Shown: piece after piece, positions 44,663 to 54,546 of the stretch
Layout: each line of letters opens with the position of its first letter
Position numbering within the stretch: the stretch's first letter is position 1
IMG/VR virus record: IMGVR_UViG_3300034012_001519
Coordinates: 1-59,220 of that record
DNA length: 59,220 nucleotides
Source: a virus
Taxonomy: Duplodnaviria > Caudoviricetes
Direction: 5' to 3' (one strand)
Notes under the pieces: generated by a model
Told to the model about the DNA's origin: nothing
The model's input: the letters and a program-made list of their open reading frames with translations, nothing else
Database searches by the model: none
Made by a program: the position numbers and the translations under genes

Positions 44663-45045
44663 ACAACGTCAACCTGGCGCAGCCGCCGCTGCCGTCCTAT
44701 GACTACCGTGCCAACCCCAGCCCGTTCAACGCCGGAATGGCCCAGGCTCACGCGGCCGGGGATGTGCGCTACAACCTCAAGCCGCTTGACCGTCCAGGCA
44801 TGTCCCGCGGCGCCGGCCAGCGGCAGCATGCTGGGGCCAAAGCGGCCACGGCCATGGCTGATGGCATTGCGGATGCCTACGGCCAGCAGGCCCAGCAGGC
44901 CAACAACGCCGCGCTGGCGGGTCTGACGGCCGAGCAGGGACAGGAACAGTTTGCTCAGGCGCTTGGCGCGCTTCAGCAGCAGAACGCTTACGCCAATGCC
45001 ATGGCCCAGCTTCAGCGGGCCGGCGCTCTTTCGGGGCTTATGTAA
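44659..45045 (+). CDS. Small internal virion-like protein
   Basis: Ala/Gln-rich; ends ALSGLM. Confidence 0.55.
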   Translation: MNNVNLAQPPLPSYDYRANPSPFNAGMAQAHAAGDVRYNLKPLDRPGMSRGAGQRQHAGAKAATAMADGIADAYGQQAQQANNAALAGLTAEQGQEQFAQALGALQQQNAYANAMAQLQRAGALSGLM

Positions 45046-45302
45046 TGAAGATGGACTTCGACATCCGTGACCTCAACCGCTCGGCTCTGGAGCGCATGGT
45101 GAAGCAACTCCTGGTCGCCAAGGACGGTGACGAGAAGAAGATCCTGGACAAGCTCCAGAAGCGGGCTGAGAAGAACGACCTGGCTGACCTGGACGAGGAG
45201 ATGCACGGCAAGCCGAACACTCCCGAGGTAGCCGAAGACGATCTTCCCGGCGACGGTGAACTGGCGGACCTGCCCAAGAAGAAGGCGAAGAAGAATGGCT
45301 AA
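45045..45302 (+). CDS. Small charged hypothetical protein
   Basis: TAATG coupling. Confidence 0.6.
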   Translation: MKMDFDIRDLNRSALERMVKQLLVAKDGDEKKILDKLQKRAEKNDLADLDEEMHGKPNTPEVAEDDLPGDGELADLPKKKAKKNG

Positions 45303-46776
45303 AGGCAAGGCGCGTGGCTTTGAAGCGTTGATGGGCTGGCTGTCGGGCCGGGGCGTGGATCCCGACCAGGCTGAAGCGCTGCTTCGCTCCATCCCCAACG
45401 TGGAGAACATGACGCCGGCCGACCTCTCCCGGCTCATCGATGCGATGAACTCTCCCGCCCCACGGGCACGGATGGAGAGTCCGGTGAGCGTGGAGGACCG
45501 CGTGGCGGGCAGTGCCCAGACTGGCATGCGCCCCGATCCCAATATCCGTGCCGCGCTTCAGGAGCTGGACCCCGAGTTCGCGGCTCGCATCGACACCGCT
45601 TCTCCCGAAGAGATCATGCAGGCGTACCGCAACGCCGTGAAAAAGGCCGATAAGGTTCGCCGCGGTCGCCCCAAGATGGTGATGGACACGCCCGTCGCTG
45701 GCGTTGCGCCGCCTCCTCGCCCAGCCCGGCAGATGGAACTCCCGCTCGGCCCGAGCGCCCAGGAGCCGGACATCCGTTCGCTGATCCCGCTGGGCCGTCC
45801 AGGACCGGGTGTCCCAGGACAACTGTCTGGCCCCGGTCAGATCCTGACCAGGCAACTGGACATGATCCCGGCTCCTCTCCGCGGCCTGCCTGGGCCAGGG
45901 CCGCAGTCAGTTATTGATGTGCCGTTTGAGATGGTGCAACCGACTCGCAGGCTGACCGATGCGCGGCCCCCAGTGCCCGGTATTCCCTCACGGGCCGCCA
46001 TGGGCGCCGACGAACTTGCTGATGGCCCGTCGCCGGGAATGCGCCCACGCCCGGTCGATGCCCCACGGACCCCGGATGACGGCCCAAAGGTTCCGTGGAA
46101 GTCACTCGCTGGCGGCCTCGGCGCCGGCCTCGGTGTCAGCCAACTCCTGCCCGAGAACGCCTTTGATGGAAAGGGCTCCAGCACGGCGGATCTCGCTGCC
46201 GAGTCTCGCCCCGCCCCCAAGGTGGAGGCCACGCCGGCAGTTCCGCAGCCCACCGTAAAGCAAGGGCCTCCGGACTACGCAGCCCAGGCTCGGGAACTCA
46301 TCGCCCGGGCCAATGACATCCAGCGGCAGGCTGGTCGGCAGACGCCCGAGTCTATCGCTCTGATTAATCAGGCCAACAAGCTGTATGAGATGGCTGCCGA
46401 GGGCCGGCGGAATGGATCGCAGCCTGCGATCATGCCTGTCGAACAGCAGAACCAGCAGACCAGTTCCATCCAACGGAACTCCCAGCAGCAGATCGCCCAG
46501 AACCAGGGGTCTGACTACCGCAGCCAGGCCCGCCGGATGATGGCCGAACTCAACATCCGCTCCTCGCAGGGCAATATCTCTTCAGCGGAGTATTCGGCCG
46601 TGAAGCGGCGGATCGATGAACTCTTCGCTCTGGCTGACGCCGAGGGCCGCAACACGCCGGCGCCGCGTGGTCAGGGCATGGGCCGCACGCAACTCATCGG
46701 GAAGCCGAAGCGCGGCCCGAGCGTGATCGGCCCGACGCCTGGATACAAGAAGCGAACGTCCCCAAGCACTACGTGA
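45295..46776 (+). CDS. Pro-rich internal virion-like protein
   Basis: Long ORF; central GGLGAGLGV segment. Confidence 0.65.
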   Translation: MAKGKARGFEALMGWLSGRGVDPDQAEALLRSIPNVENMTPADLSRLIDAMNSPAPRARMESPVSVEDRVAGSAQTGMRPDPNIRAALQELDPEFAARIDTASPEEIMQAYRNAVKKADKVRRGRPKMVMDTPVAGVAPPPRPARQMELPLGPSAQEPDIRSLIPLGRPGPGVPGQLSGPGQILTRQLDMIPAPLRGLPGPGPQSVIDVPFEMVQPTRRLTDARPPVPGIPSRAAMGADELADGPSPGMRPRPVDAPRTPDDGPKVPWKSLAGGLGAGLGVSQLLPENAFDGKGSSTADLAAESRPAPKVEATPAVPQPTVKQGPPDYAAQARELIARANDIQRQAGRQTPESIALINQANKLYEMAAEGRRNGSQPAIMPVEQQNQQTSSIQRNSQQQIAQNQGSDYRSQARRMMAELNIRSSQGNISSAEYSAVKRRIDELFALADAEGRNTPAPRGQGMGRTQLIGKPKRGPSVIGPTPGYKKRTSPSTT

Positions 46777-46783
46777 GGTTGGA

Positions 46784-48253
46784 ATGAGTTGGCTGGCGAA
46801 TAAGAGCAACGACGAGCTTCTGGGCTACCTGAATAACGAAGATGGCACTGGCCTGTCTGAAGCCGCCAAGCAGGAACTGGCTCGCCGTGGCGCTTTGCCC
46901 GAGTGGTCGAACGAGCCGGCCAACGTCGCCGCCGACCTGGAAGCATCTGCCGCGCCGATTGCCATGGAGCCGGAAATTCGCTCTGCTGCACCGCAGCGAC
47001 CGGGGCTGGAGCGTCCAGGAAGCGATCCCGCCGGCCTTGGGCCAGCCTCGCCGCAGTTGCAGGAGCAGTGGGACAGCAGCGAGGCCCGTGCCCGTGAGGC
47101 AGGCCGCATCATTCGCTCTGGCCTGCACCCTCAGACGCCCGTCGATCCAGGAACTCCTGAACAACAGGCGCGCTGGAATCAGTTCCTGGAAGACAACCCC
47201 GACGAGATGCAGCGGTATCGCCCGCAGGAGTTTGCGGCGCGCGAGGCGGCAAAGCAGGCAGAGAGTGACAAGGCGCACGCCGCAATGCTGGAGCAGAAGT
47301 ATGGGCCTGGCACCGGCGCCAAGTGGCTTGCGGCTCGCGAGCAGGGGCGAGGGGTTGGCACGGATGTCATCCCGGTTCACAAGCCAACCGATCAGGAGAT
47401 TGCGGAGAGGAACGCGGCCGACGCGCGATACACCCAGAACGTCAGCCGTCCTCGGTGGGCGCGTGAGGCTGGCCTGAGCCAGGACGTTGCCACGGAAAAG
47501 AACGAAGACGGCACCGGGCCGAAGATGTCTGACAACGACTTGCGTCTTGCCGCCGCTAACCAGCGACAGGCGGACAAGCAGGCCAGGGAACTCCAGTGGC
47601 GCGCCACGGTAATGATGCGTGCCGGAAACTACGCTGGGGCGCTGGCGCTGCCCGGCCTGGATCCGGCCATGCAGTCTGCCATCCTGAATCAGCAGAACGC
47701 AGCGCTGAATGCCAACCGGCCTGGTGGCCCGCTCAACTTCGGGCCCACGCCGCTTGGTGTTGAGGCCATGCACAATCAGCAGCTCACGGAACTTGGCAAC
47801 CGTGTTGCAACGGGCCAAGGCTTTCAGCAGGTGACTCCCGCCCAGCAGCGGCTTCTGGATCAGCAGGCGGATACTCAATTGGCCAAGGATAATCCCGTTG
47901 CCGCTGGCTTGCGAGACATCTCAGAAGGCAATTGGGACAGTCCGTCCGGCCGCGTTGCGATTGATCGCGCGCGTGACTCGCTTGACACCACCACGGGCGG
48001 GTTCAGCTACGACAACGAACGTGCGCTGGCGCAGAGGCTAACCAAGCCACCGTACAACATGAAGCCCGCCGAGGCCGAGGCTGCGGCGTGGCAGTCCGCG
48101 AACCGCGAGCGATGGTGGTTCAATCAGACTCCTGCGCCAGCCGGCCCGCGGCCTGTTACCGTGAAGCCCGCCGCTCCTGCCGCAGGAGCTAATCCTGGAA
48201 CTCCGCCTCCTGCACGCCCCGGCAGGCCGAAGTACGTTCCGATGGATTCTTAA
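46784..48253 (+). CDS. Internal virion-like protein
   Basis: 489-aa Ala/Gln-rich ORF. Confidence 0.65.
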   Translation: MSWLANKSNDELLGYLNNEDGTGLSEAAKQELARRGALPEWSNEPANVAADLEASAAPIAMEPEIRSAAPQRPGLERPGSDPAGLGPASPQLQEQWDSSEARAREAGRIIRSGLHPQTPVDPGTPEQQARWNQFLEDNPDEMQRYRPQEFAAREAAKQAESDKAHAAMLEQKYGPGTGAKWLAAREQGRGVGTDVIPVHKPTDQEIAERNAADARYTQNVSRPRWAREAGLSQDVATEKNEDGTGPKMSDNDLRLAAANQRQADKQARELQWRATVMMRAGNYAGALALPGLDPAMQSAILNQQNAALNANRPGGPLNFGPTPLGVEAMHNQQLTELGNRVATGQGFQQVTPAQQRLLDQQADTQLAKDNPVAAGLRDISEGNWDSPSGRVAIDRARDSLDTTTGGFSYDNERALAQRLTKPPYNMKPAEAEAAAWQSANRERWWFNQTPAPAGPRPVTVKPAAPAAGANPGTPPPARPGRPKYVPMDS

Positions 48254-51200
48254 TGGCACAGTCGCCGCTTTTTGACATCTATGATCCGTACGATCTCCTC
48301 AAGCAGCAGGCTGCGATGGGCCTTCTGCCTCCCGACGAGGACACGGATATACTTGGCATCGCTCCTCTTGGGCGCCAGCGAGCGACGATTGCCGACCTCA
48401 TGCCGCAGGAAGAGAAGAGCGGCCTGCTCAACTCCCTGGCCAAGGTTGGGTCTTCTGGCCTAGCCACTGCCGGGTGGCTGTTCGATACGCCTGGGGCTTT
48501 GGTGCGGGGCGTGCTGGCCGGACAGCCGTTGTCGTTCCTTGGAGATTCTGAGGAGCGTGTTACCGGCCGTGAACTGCTGCGGCAGTATGGCCTGATTGGC
48601 GACCAGGATACGTGGGGCAACTTCGCGGGCTCGCTCGCTGCCGAGGTAGTTCTAGACCCCTTCACCTGGGCCAACCCTCTGTCCATCCTTGGACGCGGGG
48701 CCTTGACGCCAACCGGAAAGGCGCTCAAGGGGGCGGGATTCCTTCGCAACGCTGCCGAGACGGCGTACCAAGGACTAGCACCTTCGACCGTCCAGGCGTT
48801 GCGTGGAGCGACGGCACGGAGGGCCGGAACTGGTGTTCGGGAATCCCTCCGGAACCTCACGCCCGCACAGGCCATTGCCGAGTCGGCCGATCCGATTGCC
48901 GCCCGGGCTAGATGGGAGCAGCAGGCGATTCGGTATGGCGTTGATCCCAACGATCTGACGGGCAGCGCCGCCCGGCTCATGGATGTCCGGATCCCGGGCA
49001 CCAACATCGGGTTCAGTACCGATGTCTTTGGCGAGCAGTTTGGAAACCGGCTTGCCACCGGCCTGGATGCCCTGGGCGAAGCGTCCAAGCGAAACCCCTA
49101 CACCGCCCCTGTTGTCAATGCGCTGTACGCCGGATTCCACGCCCCGTCAGGCGGCACGCTGAATCCCGACCTCCAGTGGGATTCCCGCATTTCCAAGATG
49201 AACGCCTCCCGGGCGGATGAGGCGAGAGAACTACTTCGTCAGCGGCAGCTCCGCGAAGCGCTGGGTGTGGACGCCGAGGAGGTGGCGGCTGGCATGCGTG
49301 CCGCTGGGGCTGCCAATGTCCCCGCTGCGATCCCCGACTCGCTGCGTCGGTTCAACAGCACCGACGTTCAGCGTGCCCTGGTTGACTATGTCGAATCGTC
49401 TGCCGTGCCCACGGCCACAAACACGTACGGGCCCATGCCCAAAAGCAGCGGCGATGCCGTAGCCGACTGGGTGCTGGAGAACGTGCCCGAGTTCCGCGAC
49501 ATGCGGGACACGTACATGGATGCGGTGCAGCAGGCCAGGCAAAACGCCGTCGCCTCTGGCCTCCCCGACAGGGATTGGCGTGGGGCATCTGGCACGGGCT
49601 TCTTCCCGCGGCAGTTGAAGTGGTTTGAGCGACTCATGGATCCCGTGCGTCCCAATGCCACGGGGCGTGTGGAGAAGCCGTGGGGACGCAGTCAGACGCT
49701 GATGGATACGGCCGACAACTTCGGTCGCAGCCGACAGGAGTACACCGACATCCCGGGCGGACAGCGAACCTTCCGCCTGCTGACGGGTGGCCGGGCGCTC
49801 CAGTCTGCACCGGGGACACCAACCGGCCTGCCGTTCGATGCGGCCGATCTCCAGCGGCGCCTGATTGCCGCTGACCAGATCCCGGCCCGCGACCTGCTGG
49901 ACGATGCCTTCGATCAACTCGGAATCGCTCGTCCGTTCCGGGATGACATCTCCAACCTCCAGGCGTCCGCTGCGTACCAAAACGCCGCTGTCCCCGCCCA
50001 GCAGCAGATGATGGCCGAGGCCACGCGGTCGCTCCAGAAGAGGCAGGACCAGCTCGTCAACTTGCTGCGCGGCTCCGACCAGCAGTTTGCGCAGACCGGG
50101 ACGGGCATCTTCGACACACCGGGCTGGACGAACCTGTCTCGCTATGAGCGTGGCCAGAGCCGCGTGATAGCGAACGCCGAGCGAATGATCCCGCGGCTGG
50201 AAGAGGCCACCGCTGTCATTGGGTCCAACGGGCTGGCAGATGGCATGGTGCAACTCACCGATGCCGCTCGTCGCCTCGGGTTCGATCCAGACAACCTGCG
50301 GCAAGTTTGGCAGCAGCGGTTCGGCGCAGACATCACCAACCTCGCCGTGCCAGAGCGGCTGGTGGAGCAGATGCTGACGGTGGTCAACTCTTCGCGGGCG
50401 GGCGATGCCGAGCGTGGAATGGTTGGCCTGCTGGATGGGTTCACCAACGCCTTTAAGGTGGGTGCCCTCGCCAGCCCAGCGTTCCACACCCGGAATACCT
50501 ATTCTGGCCAGCTCAACGCAGCTACGTTCGGTGCCTTCAATCCGCTGGACTGGTGGGCCGCGCTGCGGGCGTCGATGGGCAATACCGACGCGGTCGCTCG
50601 CCGGCTGGAGAATGCCCCGGGATTCCAGGGACTCAACCCCGCGCAGCGTGTAGCCAGATTCCAAGACCTGACCGCTGCTAATCGCATCGGCGGCGGCAAC
50701 ATCTTGGACGATATCAGCGGCCTGCCCGAGCAGCAGATCCGCGGCGGCTGGCTTGGGGCTGGCAATGACCAGAGCGTGGGCCGGGCGTTCTTAAATCCAA
50801 ACCGCTCCTGGGGAGACTTTGCCAACGATTTCTTCAGCCTGCGTGGCGTCGGCATCACCGACCGGGCGCCGACCCGGAATCGCAATCCGTTCCTGGTACT
50901 GAACGATGCCGTTGGATCGGTGTCGGAAGATGCCCTGCGTGGCGGCGTGTTCCTGAATCAGTTGCGCAAGGGCGTCGATCCCGGAGAGGCGGCCGACTTG
51001 GTGCGTCTCAGCCAGGTGGACTATTCGCCACAGGCTTTTACATCCTTTGAGCGCAACGTCCTGAAGAGGATTCTGCCCTTCTATAGTTTCCAGAAGGGCA
51101 TTGTTCCGAGCATCGTCAACAACACGCTCTATCGCCCCGGCGGTCTGATGGGGCAGTCGATCCGTGCGGTCACCAGAGGCACGGAGCCGAGCGAGGAAAA

Positions 51201-51924
51201 CTTCATCCCCGAGCATCTGCGGCGGTCGGCTGCCATTCCGCTTCCGCCTGAGTGGGGCTCGGGGAATCCCAATCTGCAACGGTTCCTGACGAGCATCGAC
51301 GCTCCATGGGAGGCGTTCTTCAACACCGTCACGCCCGGCGTGGGTGCCACCACCTCGTCCCGGATTGCCGACACCATCCGCCAGACCGGCTCCAATCTGC
51401 TGGGCATGACCAGCCCGATCATCAAAGCCCCGATTGAGTATTTCACCAACCGGCAGCTCTATTCTGGACGGGATCTCACAGACCTGTACTCGGTCTTGGA
51501 GCGGGACTTCGGTGAGATCGGCCGACCGCTGGAGCAGGTGGTCACCAACTTTGTTCCGTTCGGCACCCGTGCCCTCGGCATGTACCGACAGTTCACAGAT
51601 GACCGTCTGGCCCCGGCAGACAAGTACACCAAGGCAGCGTGGAACCTCCTGGCCGGTGCCAAGCTCACCGACATTGACCAGGATCGGGCCAAGCGGCAAG
51701 CCGCTCGGGACATGCTCAACAGCATCCTGGAGACAACGCCCGGCGTCCGGACCTATGAGAACATCACGGTCCCCGAGGATGTGCTGCGGGCAATGCCGAA
51801 GGAGCAGAAGGACTTGTACCTCTTGTACAAGATCATCCAAAGCGAAGCGGCAAAGCGGGCCAGAGAGAAGAAGAAGATGGCCGCGGATCCGCTAGAGATG
51901 CTAGGGGCTCTCAACCAGTTCTAG
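48253..51924 (+). CDS. Large internal virion/DNA ejection protein
   Basis: 1223 aa; DP.TW N-terminal motif; FH.RN, DYS...T.FE....R..PFYSF and SPIIKAPIE..TN motifs of podovirus ejection proteins. Confidence 0.75.
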   Translation: MAQSPLFDIYDPYDLLKQQAAMGLLPPDEDTDILGIAPLGRQRATIADLMPQEEKSGLLNSLAKVGSSGLATAGWLFDTPGALVRGVLAGQPLSFLGDSEERVTGRELLRQYGLIGDQDTWGNFAGSLAAEVVLDPFTWANPLSILGRGALTPTGKALKGAGFLRNAAETAYQGLAPSTVQALRGATARRAGTGVRESLRNLTPAQAIAESADPIAARARWEQQAIRYGVDPNDLTGSAARLMDVRIPGTNIGFSTDVFGEQFGNRLATGLDALGEASKRNPYTAPVVNALYAGFHAPSGGTLNPDLQWDSRISKMNASRADEARELLRQRQLREALGVDAEEVAAGMRAAGAANVPAAIPDSLRRFNSTDVQRALVDYVESSAVPTATNTYGPMPKSSGDAVADWVLENVPEFRDMRDTYMDAVQQARQNAVASGLPDRDWRGASGTGFFPRQLKWFERLMDPVRPNATGRVEKPWGRSQTLMDTADNFGRSRQEYTDIPGGQRTFRLLTGGRALQSAPGTPTGLPFDAADLQRRLIAADQIPARDLLDDAFDQLGIARPFRDDISNLQASAAYQNAAVPAQQQMMAEATRSLQKRQDQLVNLLRGSDQQFAQTGTGIFDTPGWTNLSRYERGQSRVIANAERMIPRLEEATAVIGSNGLADGMVQLTDAARRLGFDPDNLRQVWQQRFGADITNLAVPERLVEQMLTVVNSSRAGDAERGMVGLLDGFTNAFKVGALASPAFHTRNTYSGQLNAATFGAFNPLDWWAALRASMGNTDAVARRLENAPGFQGLNPAQRVARFQDLTAANRIGGGNILDDISGLPEQQIRGGWLGAGNDQSVGRAFLNPNRSWGDFANDFFSLRGVGITDRAPTRNRNPFLVLNDAVGSVSEDALRGGVFLNQLRKGVDPGEAADLVRLSQVDYSPQAFTSFERNVLKRILPFYSFQKGIVPSIVNNTLYRPGGLMGQSIRAVTRGTEPSEENFIPEHLRRSAAIPLPPEWGSGNPNLQRFLTSIDAPWEAFFNTVTPGVGATTSSRIADTIRQTGSNLLGMTSPIIKAPIEYFTNRQLYSGRDLTDLYSVLERDFGEIGRPLEQVVTNFVPFGTRALGMYRQFTDDRLAPADKYTKAAWNLLAGAKLTDIDQDRAKRQAARDMLNSILETTPGVRTYENITVPEDVLRAMPKEQKDLYLLYKIIQSEAAKRAREKKKMAADPLEMLGALNQF

Positions 51925-52728
51925 CGGTGGAGCCGTAGGTTCCTGCCGCTTTTCCTCGGCCACTAGCAGCCTGTCCACGTAGTAAGCCTTCATGCCAGGG
52001 CTTCTATGTCCTAAGTGTCCAGTGGCGTCTTTCCCGGCGATCTCGCAGTAGGTCGCCCCGGATCGCCGCAGAAACTTAGTGCTGCCAGGCAGCCCGGCTA
52101 CACGGGTCAGGTGCCGCATCATGGCCATGGCCTTGTCTCGGCAGATCAAGTCGCCAAAGATACGCGGCCCAAGGATCGGCAGTTGTCGTAAGGCTGCCAG
52201 GGCGTTGTCATCCAGCCAGCACACATGGGGCCATCCCACCTTGTGCTGGCTGGGGCAGATACGTTGGCCACGGATTTGGTCATGCCTGATCGACAGCAAG
52301 TCATCCAGACGCAGGCCGGTGGAGTAGGCCGTCAGGATCCACGCCCTCGCCAGCTTGTTGCGCGGGCATTTGCGTCCCCCGGTCATGTTCGCAGCTACCG
52401 CCAGAAGCGAACGGATTTCCTCATGGCTCCACGCCCTCGGGTTGGGGGGGAGCTGCTTGACTCTCCGGAGGGGCCTGAGTATACTGGCGTCCACAAGTCG
52501 CTCGGAGGCGGCGAAATGCAGCAGAACCCGCAGCATTTTCCTGTGATTTCTGACGGTGGAGGGAGCCAGATGCTTCAGGGCATCAGTCAGGTAGGAATCA
52601 ATCCTCTCTGGGTTGAGGTCGCTCGCCTGCCAGTCAAGGCGGCGGACGAACACCTCCAGTTGTTCCAGGTAGCCGGGGGAGCCTCCTACGCGGTTGTGGT
52701 AGATCCTGGCAAGTTGCAGCAGCGTCAT
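51901..52728 (-). CDS. int: Tyrosine recombinase/integrase
   Basis: LAPSTVRN; AYSTGLRLDDL (catalytic R); KFLRRSGAT; LGH; YY. Confidence 0.88.
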   Translation of the reverse strand: MTLLQLARIYHNRVGGSPGYLEQLEVFVRRLDWQASDLNPERIDSYLTDALKHLAPSTVRNHRKMLRVLLHFAASERLVDASILRPLRRVKQLPPNPRAWSHEEIRSLLAVAANMTGGRKCPRNKLARAWILTAYSTGLRLDDLLSIRHDQIRGQRICPSQHKVGWPHVCWLDDNALAALRQLPILGPRIFGDLICRDKAMAMMRHLTRVAGLPGSTKFLRRSGATYCEIAGKDATGHLGHRSPGMKAYYVDRLLVAEEKRQEPTAPPLELVESP

Positions 52729-52809
52729 GGGGTGCCCTCTTCTGGGGGACGTTCTACCCATCTATTCAAGGTTTTCAAGTCCCAGGAAAATCGCCCTTTT
52801 CAGAGTTTC

Positions 52810-52832
52810 GGGCAACTAGCTCAGTTGGTTAG
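52810..52832 (+). other. tRNA 5'-end fragment; candidate attP core
   Basis: GGGCAAC-TAGCTCAGTTGGTTAG matches acceptor strand plus D-arm consensus; adjacent to the integrase start; no anticodon or T arm follows. Confidence 0.6.
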
Positions 52833-52986
52833 CAGCCCGTCGCTCCTCGCCCTGTTTGAGCGAGTTGAGCCAATCTTAGAGACGGTCTATCTGGCCGTTC
52901 TCGCAGCCCTCGTCTGGCTGCACCAAATGGAACTCTGTCTCGGCCTTCTTGTCGCCGGACAGTTTGGCAAAGCGTTCAGGAGGCTC

Positions 52987-53042
52987 CGCCCACGGAAGGG
53001 CTGAAGGATCGGACGGTCGCCCACGGACGGGCTGTTTTTTTC
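52987..53042 (+). promoter_or_regulatory. Two GCCC-ACGGA-GGGC hairpins (CsrA-type loops); the second is followed by a U-tract
   Basis: 17-bp direct repeats at 52987 and 53018 (1 mismatch) in the leader of the recombination operon. Confidence 0.55.
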
Positions 53043-53057
53043 CTCGGAGGTGTACAT

Positions 53058-53918
53058 ATGGACATCGATGTTTCTAACGGGCCGGTGAAGGTCATCGGCA
53101 TGGCGAGTAGTGCCTACCACTCGCTCAAGGCGTTCGACAGCCGGTCATTCCTGCTAGCTGTCCTCAAGGGCGGTGGCGAGGCCCAGCAGTGGCTGGACCA
53201 GGGCTATCCCCTGTTCACGGGCAACTCGGCCACCAGGCGTGGCGGGGAGTTCGATGAGATCGTCATGGGCCTGTGTGCCGGGAAGACCTTCGACTCCCTG
53301 GTCTGCATCCCGCCGGATGAGGTGCTGGGGGCCAACGGCTCCCGCAGCACCAAGGCATACCGGGAGTGGGAGGCGGCCCAGACCGGCATCTGCTGCACGG
53401 CGGATCAGGCGTGGGTCTACAGGAGGATGGTCGAAAGCCTGGAGGCCAACGGTGCCGCCAAGGCGTTGATGGACCAGACCTCCGAGACGCAGTTGTCAGT
53501 CTTCTGGCAGGACGAGCATGGACACCTTCTCAAGGTGCGTCCGGACGGCGTGACCCCGGAACTGTGGTGGGATCTGAAGACAACATCGGCTCCTTGGGAT
53601 CGGCTGTACCGCAGCGTCTTTGACTACGGCTATGCGGAGCAGCAGTGGCTGTACTGCCGCGGTGCGGAACAGGTCGGTTACCAGCCGTTCCGCATGCCGT
53701 TCGTCTTCGTTCAGACCATGCCGCCCTATGCGTGTCATGTGTTCTATCTGCCCGATGACTTGGTGGAGGAGGCTGGCCAGCGGTTGGTCAGCGTGATGGA
53801 GGAGGTTCGGCTGCGTCGTTCGACCGGCATCTACATGCCCGCTGATCACGGAGAGATCACGGAGCTTGAGATCCCGCGTTGGGCCCGCGGCAAGCAGGAG
53901 GAGGTGGTGATCATATGA
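53058..53918 (+). CDS. RecE/exonuclease VIII-like PD-(D/E)xK nuclease (DUF3799-like)
   Basis: YH...S.S, Q.SVFW.D..G..LKVRPD...DLKTT...YGY..Q..LY. Confidence 0.85.
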   Translation: MDIDVSNGPVKVIGMASSAYHSLKAFDSRSFLLAVLKGGGEAQQWLDQGYPLFTGNSATRRGGEFDEIVMGLCAGKTFDSLVCIPPDEVLGANGSRSTKAYREWEAAQTGICCTADQAWVYRRMVESLEANGAAKALMDQTSETQLSVFWQDEHGHLLKVRPDGVTPELWWDLKTTSAPWDRLYRSVFDYGYAEQQWLYCRGAEQVGYQPFRMPFVFVQTMPPYACHVFYLPDDLVEEAGQRLVSVMEEVRLRRSTGIYMPADHGEITELEIPRWARGKQEEVVII

Positions 53919-54544
53919 ATGACAACAACGACATCTTGGGCCCGAGCAGTTCGCCTGCGACCGGCCATTTGACCAAGGCCCTGGCAGCAGCCCAGGCCGA
54001 CTACCCGGTGGTGAAGTTCGACAGTGCCAACCCGCACTTTCGCAGCAAGTTCGCCTCCTACTCGGCGTGCTGCGAGGCGTTGCGGGGACCGTTGACGAAG
54101 AACGGCATCGCTCTTCCGGACTTCCGGCCGGGCGTGGTCAACGGTCAGTGGATCGTCATGGGCACGCTGCGACACCTGTCGGGCGAGTACATCACGGGCA
54201 TCGCCCCGTTGCTGATGGGCAAGAGCGACATGCAGTCCTTTGGGGCTGCCATGACCTACGCCAAGCGGACGCTGCTCATGGCCCTGGCTGGCGGGTTCAG
54301 CGGCGAGGCGGATGACGATGGGCAGAGCGTGGCGATTGCAGAGGCACAGCCTGCAAATCACGCCAAGACCATGCAGTACGAAGCCGAGGCCAAGAAGGCC
54401 ATCGCAGAGGCCAAGGATGAGGCCACGGCGAAGAAGCATCTGGATACCGTCCGGCTGCGGGCCAAGGAAAAGGCCGTGGCTCCGGAGGTCTACAAGCGTT
54501 GTGAGTCGGAGTTCAACAGGGTCTGGAAGAACAAGGAGGAATGA
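53915..54544 (+). CDS. ERF-family single-strand annealing protein
   Basis: ALAAAQ...NPHFRSKFA...L.H.SGEY...QSFGAAMTYAKR...DDDG. Confidence 0.9.
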   Translation: MNDNNDILGPSSSPATGHLTKALAAAQADYPVVKFDSANPHFRSKFASYSACCEALRGPLTKNGIALPDFRPGVVNGQWIVMGTLRHLSGEYITGIAPLLMGKSDMQSFGAAMTYAKRTLLMALAGGFSGEADDDGQSVAIAEAQPANHAKTMQYEAEAKKAIAEAKDEATAKKHLDTVRLRAKEKAVAPEVYKRCESEFNRVWKNKEE

Positions 54545-54546
54545 TC

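Noticed and set aside
51901-52728. Integron integrase IntI serving the attC-like sites
   Set aside because: The protein is short and I see no IntI-specific insertion between the catalytic patches; it sits beside a tRNA fragment, as expected for a prophage integrase, and more than 6 kb from the attC-like sites.
52810-52890. Complete tRNA gene
   Set aside because: Only the acceptor 5' strand and D-arm match; no anticodon stem, TTCG T-loop or complementary 3' acceptor strand follows.
52225-53004. 259-aa plus-strand ORF
   Set aside because: Mostly antisense to the integrase and runs through the tRNA fragment; only a short hydrophobic C-terminal peptide might be real, and it has no clear start.
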